A DNA stretch of 26,842 bases from a virus. Taxonomy: Duplodnaviria > Caudoviricetes. The DNA lies in the IMG/VR virus record IMGVR_UViG_3300031812_000019, positions 1 to 26,842 of that record; one strand, 5' to 3'. A program made the translations under genes and the position numbers. Under the pieces are notes generated by a model that saw only the letters and a program-made list of their open reading frames with translations, ran no database searches and was not told where the DNA came from. Numbering within the stretch: position 1 is the stretch's first letter; the number at the start of each line of letters is the position of its first letter. Positions 24,947-26,842 of this stretch are shown piece by piece.

Positions 24947-26812
24947 TCACGCTGTCGCACGCACTGCAGCTCGGTGGTCGAGTAACGCGACACCGAAGTG
25001 CCAGTAAGCGCGTACCGAGTAGCCGAGAAATTGTGGACTCGGCTGCACCTCTTCGATGATCGGTGTCTCCTGGCCACGCAAGAACGCGACTGCGAATGCT
25101 GGTGTCGTCGCCGGATCGGCTACGAGATACCACGTCGAGTTCGCACCGTTCGTCGGCAGATACTGCGTAACGACCGGCTCGAATTGCCCGGCGTAAGTAT
25201 TCGCTTCCGGTAGCGTGCGATCGCTGTCGCCCGCGATCACGACGCGCACGCTCGTAAAGAGATTCTCGGCAGTCGCCTTCAAACCAACAGGCACTACGAG
25301 GAAGCTCGGCTTCACGAAGACCGGTTGGCCGAACTGATCCGTCTGCGCGAGCATCCTTTCGACGGCGCGATCGAGATTCGGAATCGTGAGCGGTGCACCC
25401 GTCACGACGTTCGCGTTTGCAGCGCTGAAGAAGCCACCGGGGTTCGCAACGACCGTGCCCCAAAAGAGATTCTCAAGCGCGATAATCGCACCTCGCGCAG
25501 CTTCCTGCGGAATCGCGAGGAACGCACCGAGATCGTCGTTGATAACGTCTTGATGCGTGATCGTGAACAGCCGTCCATATGTATCGACTTTCACTTGCCA
25601 GCCGGTATCACCGATGCGCTCCTGCGCAATCGAACCGCTCGACGGTACGCGTTCAAACTGCGCGAACGCATTCAACCTCGCGAGTGTGTGCGGCATAAAG
25701 TTGACCGTCTCTACGATGCGCGCGATTCGTAGGCATGTCGGCGACATCGTTTCGTAAGTCGAAACGAGGATTCGATACGCCGACTCGCGTAAGAGATTCG
25801 GAAACGATCGCACGCTGAACGCGGCGCGAATCACGTCGACCGGCGAAGAATACGGATCGACGCGATGGCCCTCCATTCGCAAGCACTCGCGTGCGAGTTG
25901 CAACAAACCGAGGTTGCGATACTTCGACGCGGCATCAACGATCCGCGGCGCGAACTTCTTCTCGACGCTCTTTGCGACCGAACCACCGGCGCGGAGCATG
26001 ATCGCGGCAGTAAGGACCTCAGTCGTGTCCATGCCGGCATCGAATGCATGCACAACTCGACTGCTCGGTCGACTCGCGCGAATCGCAGCAAGTTGGCACT
26101 TCTTCGTGGACCAGTTTTCTTGAATCGCACGTTCCGCGAGGTGCGGGTACTTACCGAGGATTCGCTTCACGATTTCAACCCTCCGAGCAGCTTTCGCGGC
26201 CACGACTGACGTGCCGATGTCCGCCGGTACGTCGACGATCGAGATTTCACGGAGAACCGCGAGATCGACTACGTAGAGCGGACCCGTAAACGAACGACCG
26301 TTCACTTCGACTTCCGAGCCGTCAGGAATCTCGCGATACTCGACGACCTCGAGACCGATCGACGCTTTCCACGGAAAACCGTTCTCGATCGACGAGAGAA
26401 AGTCGCGCGAGTACTCGGTGTCGCGCGAGACCACGGCGTCTGCGATGATCTCGTTGCCTTCGATCGCGATGCTCGTCGTGTGGCCGATGCCAGCGTACTC
26501 GTCGTGCGCGTAGCGAATCGGCAACGAACTCGTTGGAATCTCGAGGCCACTGAGATCAACGACAACGGGGAGCGGCCAACCTTCGACCGTCATCGTACCG
26601 CCGGTGTACGCGACGATCTGGATTCTTCTTAGCTCTGACGCAGCATCGTCAGTCGGCTGCGCTTCCTCGGTCGCCGGCTGCGACTCTTCGTCTTGCGCAG
26701 CGACTTCGTTTTCGCTTTCGTCTTCTTCGTCTTCGAGCTCGTCTTCAGGACCCTGTGCGCGAATCCTCGCCTTCGCTCGAATCCGAAGAAACTTTTTCGT
26801 CGTCTTCGGCAT
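24947..26812 (-). CDS. Prohead protease-major capsid protein fusion
   Basis: 621 aa; protease motifs AYTGG, PIRYAHD..IGHT, PWKASIG and LREISIV..PAD; capsid half TYGRLFTITHQDVINDDLGAF, P.FLVVP, FL.GQETP and FGVALLDHR (Mu gpT/HK97-like). Confidence 0.92.
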   Translation of the reverse strand: MPKTTKKFLRIRAKARIRAQGPEDELEDEEDESENEVAAQDEESQPATEEAQPTDDAASELRRIQIVAYTGGTMTVEGWPLPVVVDLSGLEIPTSSLPIRYAHDEYAGIGHTTSIAIEGNEIIADAVVSRDTEYSRDFLSSIENGFPWKASIGLEVVEYREIPDGSEVEVNGRSFTGPLYVVDLAVLREISIVDVPADIGTSVVAAKAARRVEIVKRILGKYPHLAERAIQENWSTKKCQLAAIRASRPSSRVVHAFDAGMDTTEVLTAAIMLRAGGSVAKSVEKKFAPRIVDAASKYRNLGLLQLARECLRMEGHRVDPYSSPVDVIRAAFSVRSFPNLLRESAYRILVSTYETMSPTCLRIARIVETVNFMPHTLARLNAFAQFERVPSSGSIAQERIGDTGWQVKVDTYGRLFTITHQDVINDDLGAFLAIPQEAARGAIIALENLFWGTVVANPGGFFSAANANVVTGAPLTIPNLDRAVERMLAQTDQFGQPVFVKPSFLVVPVGLKATAENLFTSVRVVIAGDSDRTLPEANTYAGQFEPVVTQYLPTNGANSTWYLVADPATTPAFAVAFLRGQETPIIEEVQPSPQFLGYSVRAYWHFGVALLDHRAAVRATA

Positions 26813-26842
26813 CGCTATTACCTCCTTTCTCGAAAAGGAAAT
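26762..26842. repeat. Terminal direct repeat, right copy
   Basis: Identical to 1-81. Confidence 0.97.

Noticed and set aside
26762-26842. 81-bp terminal repeat as a biological DTR or att site
   Set aside because: It falls within the portal/capsid coding overlap and is best explained as an assembler overlap on a circular contig.
1-26842. Alternative genetic code, tRNA or rRNA genes
   Set aside because: Genes tile densely under the standard code using all three stop codons, and no tRNA- or rRNA-like sequence was seen in the short gaps.

Overview
The window is an apparently complete, circularly assembled tailed-phage genome of about 26,761 bp. Bases 1-81 are identical to 26762-26842, and the portal ORF reads through that junction. 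Every credible gene is on the minus strand. In transcription order there is a late/structural block: small membrane protein, cosQ-like site, membrane-anchored trypsin-like protease, terminase large subunit, gpW-like protein, lambda-type portal, protease-capsid fusion, head-tail proteins, DUF2190-like decoration protein, tail tube, G/GT chaperones, tape measure, two tail-tip proteins and a GT71-like glycosyltransferase-methyltransferase fusion. A replication/recombination block follows (Sak4-like ATPase, DUF669 SSB-like protein, RusA, Prim-Pol/helicase-like protein, probable origin, sliding clamp). Next come host-like genes (HTH-receiver regulator, DNA amino-methyltransferase, possible second clamp, ThyX) and an array of small early genes separated by conserved hairpin leaders. 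Protein styles point to a Planctomycetota host; this is inferred from recalled family features, and no search was run. I recognised no integrase, repressor, small terminase, DNA polymerase or peptidoglycan hydrolase. The strongest leads are a candidate virion glycosylation/methylation module, a possible protease-based lysis cassette, a 45-bp-period palindromic in-frame insertion in thyX, tetraloop-swapped leader hairpins in the early region, and a switch-like leader ahead of the phage-borne response regulator.
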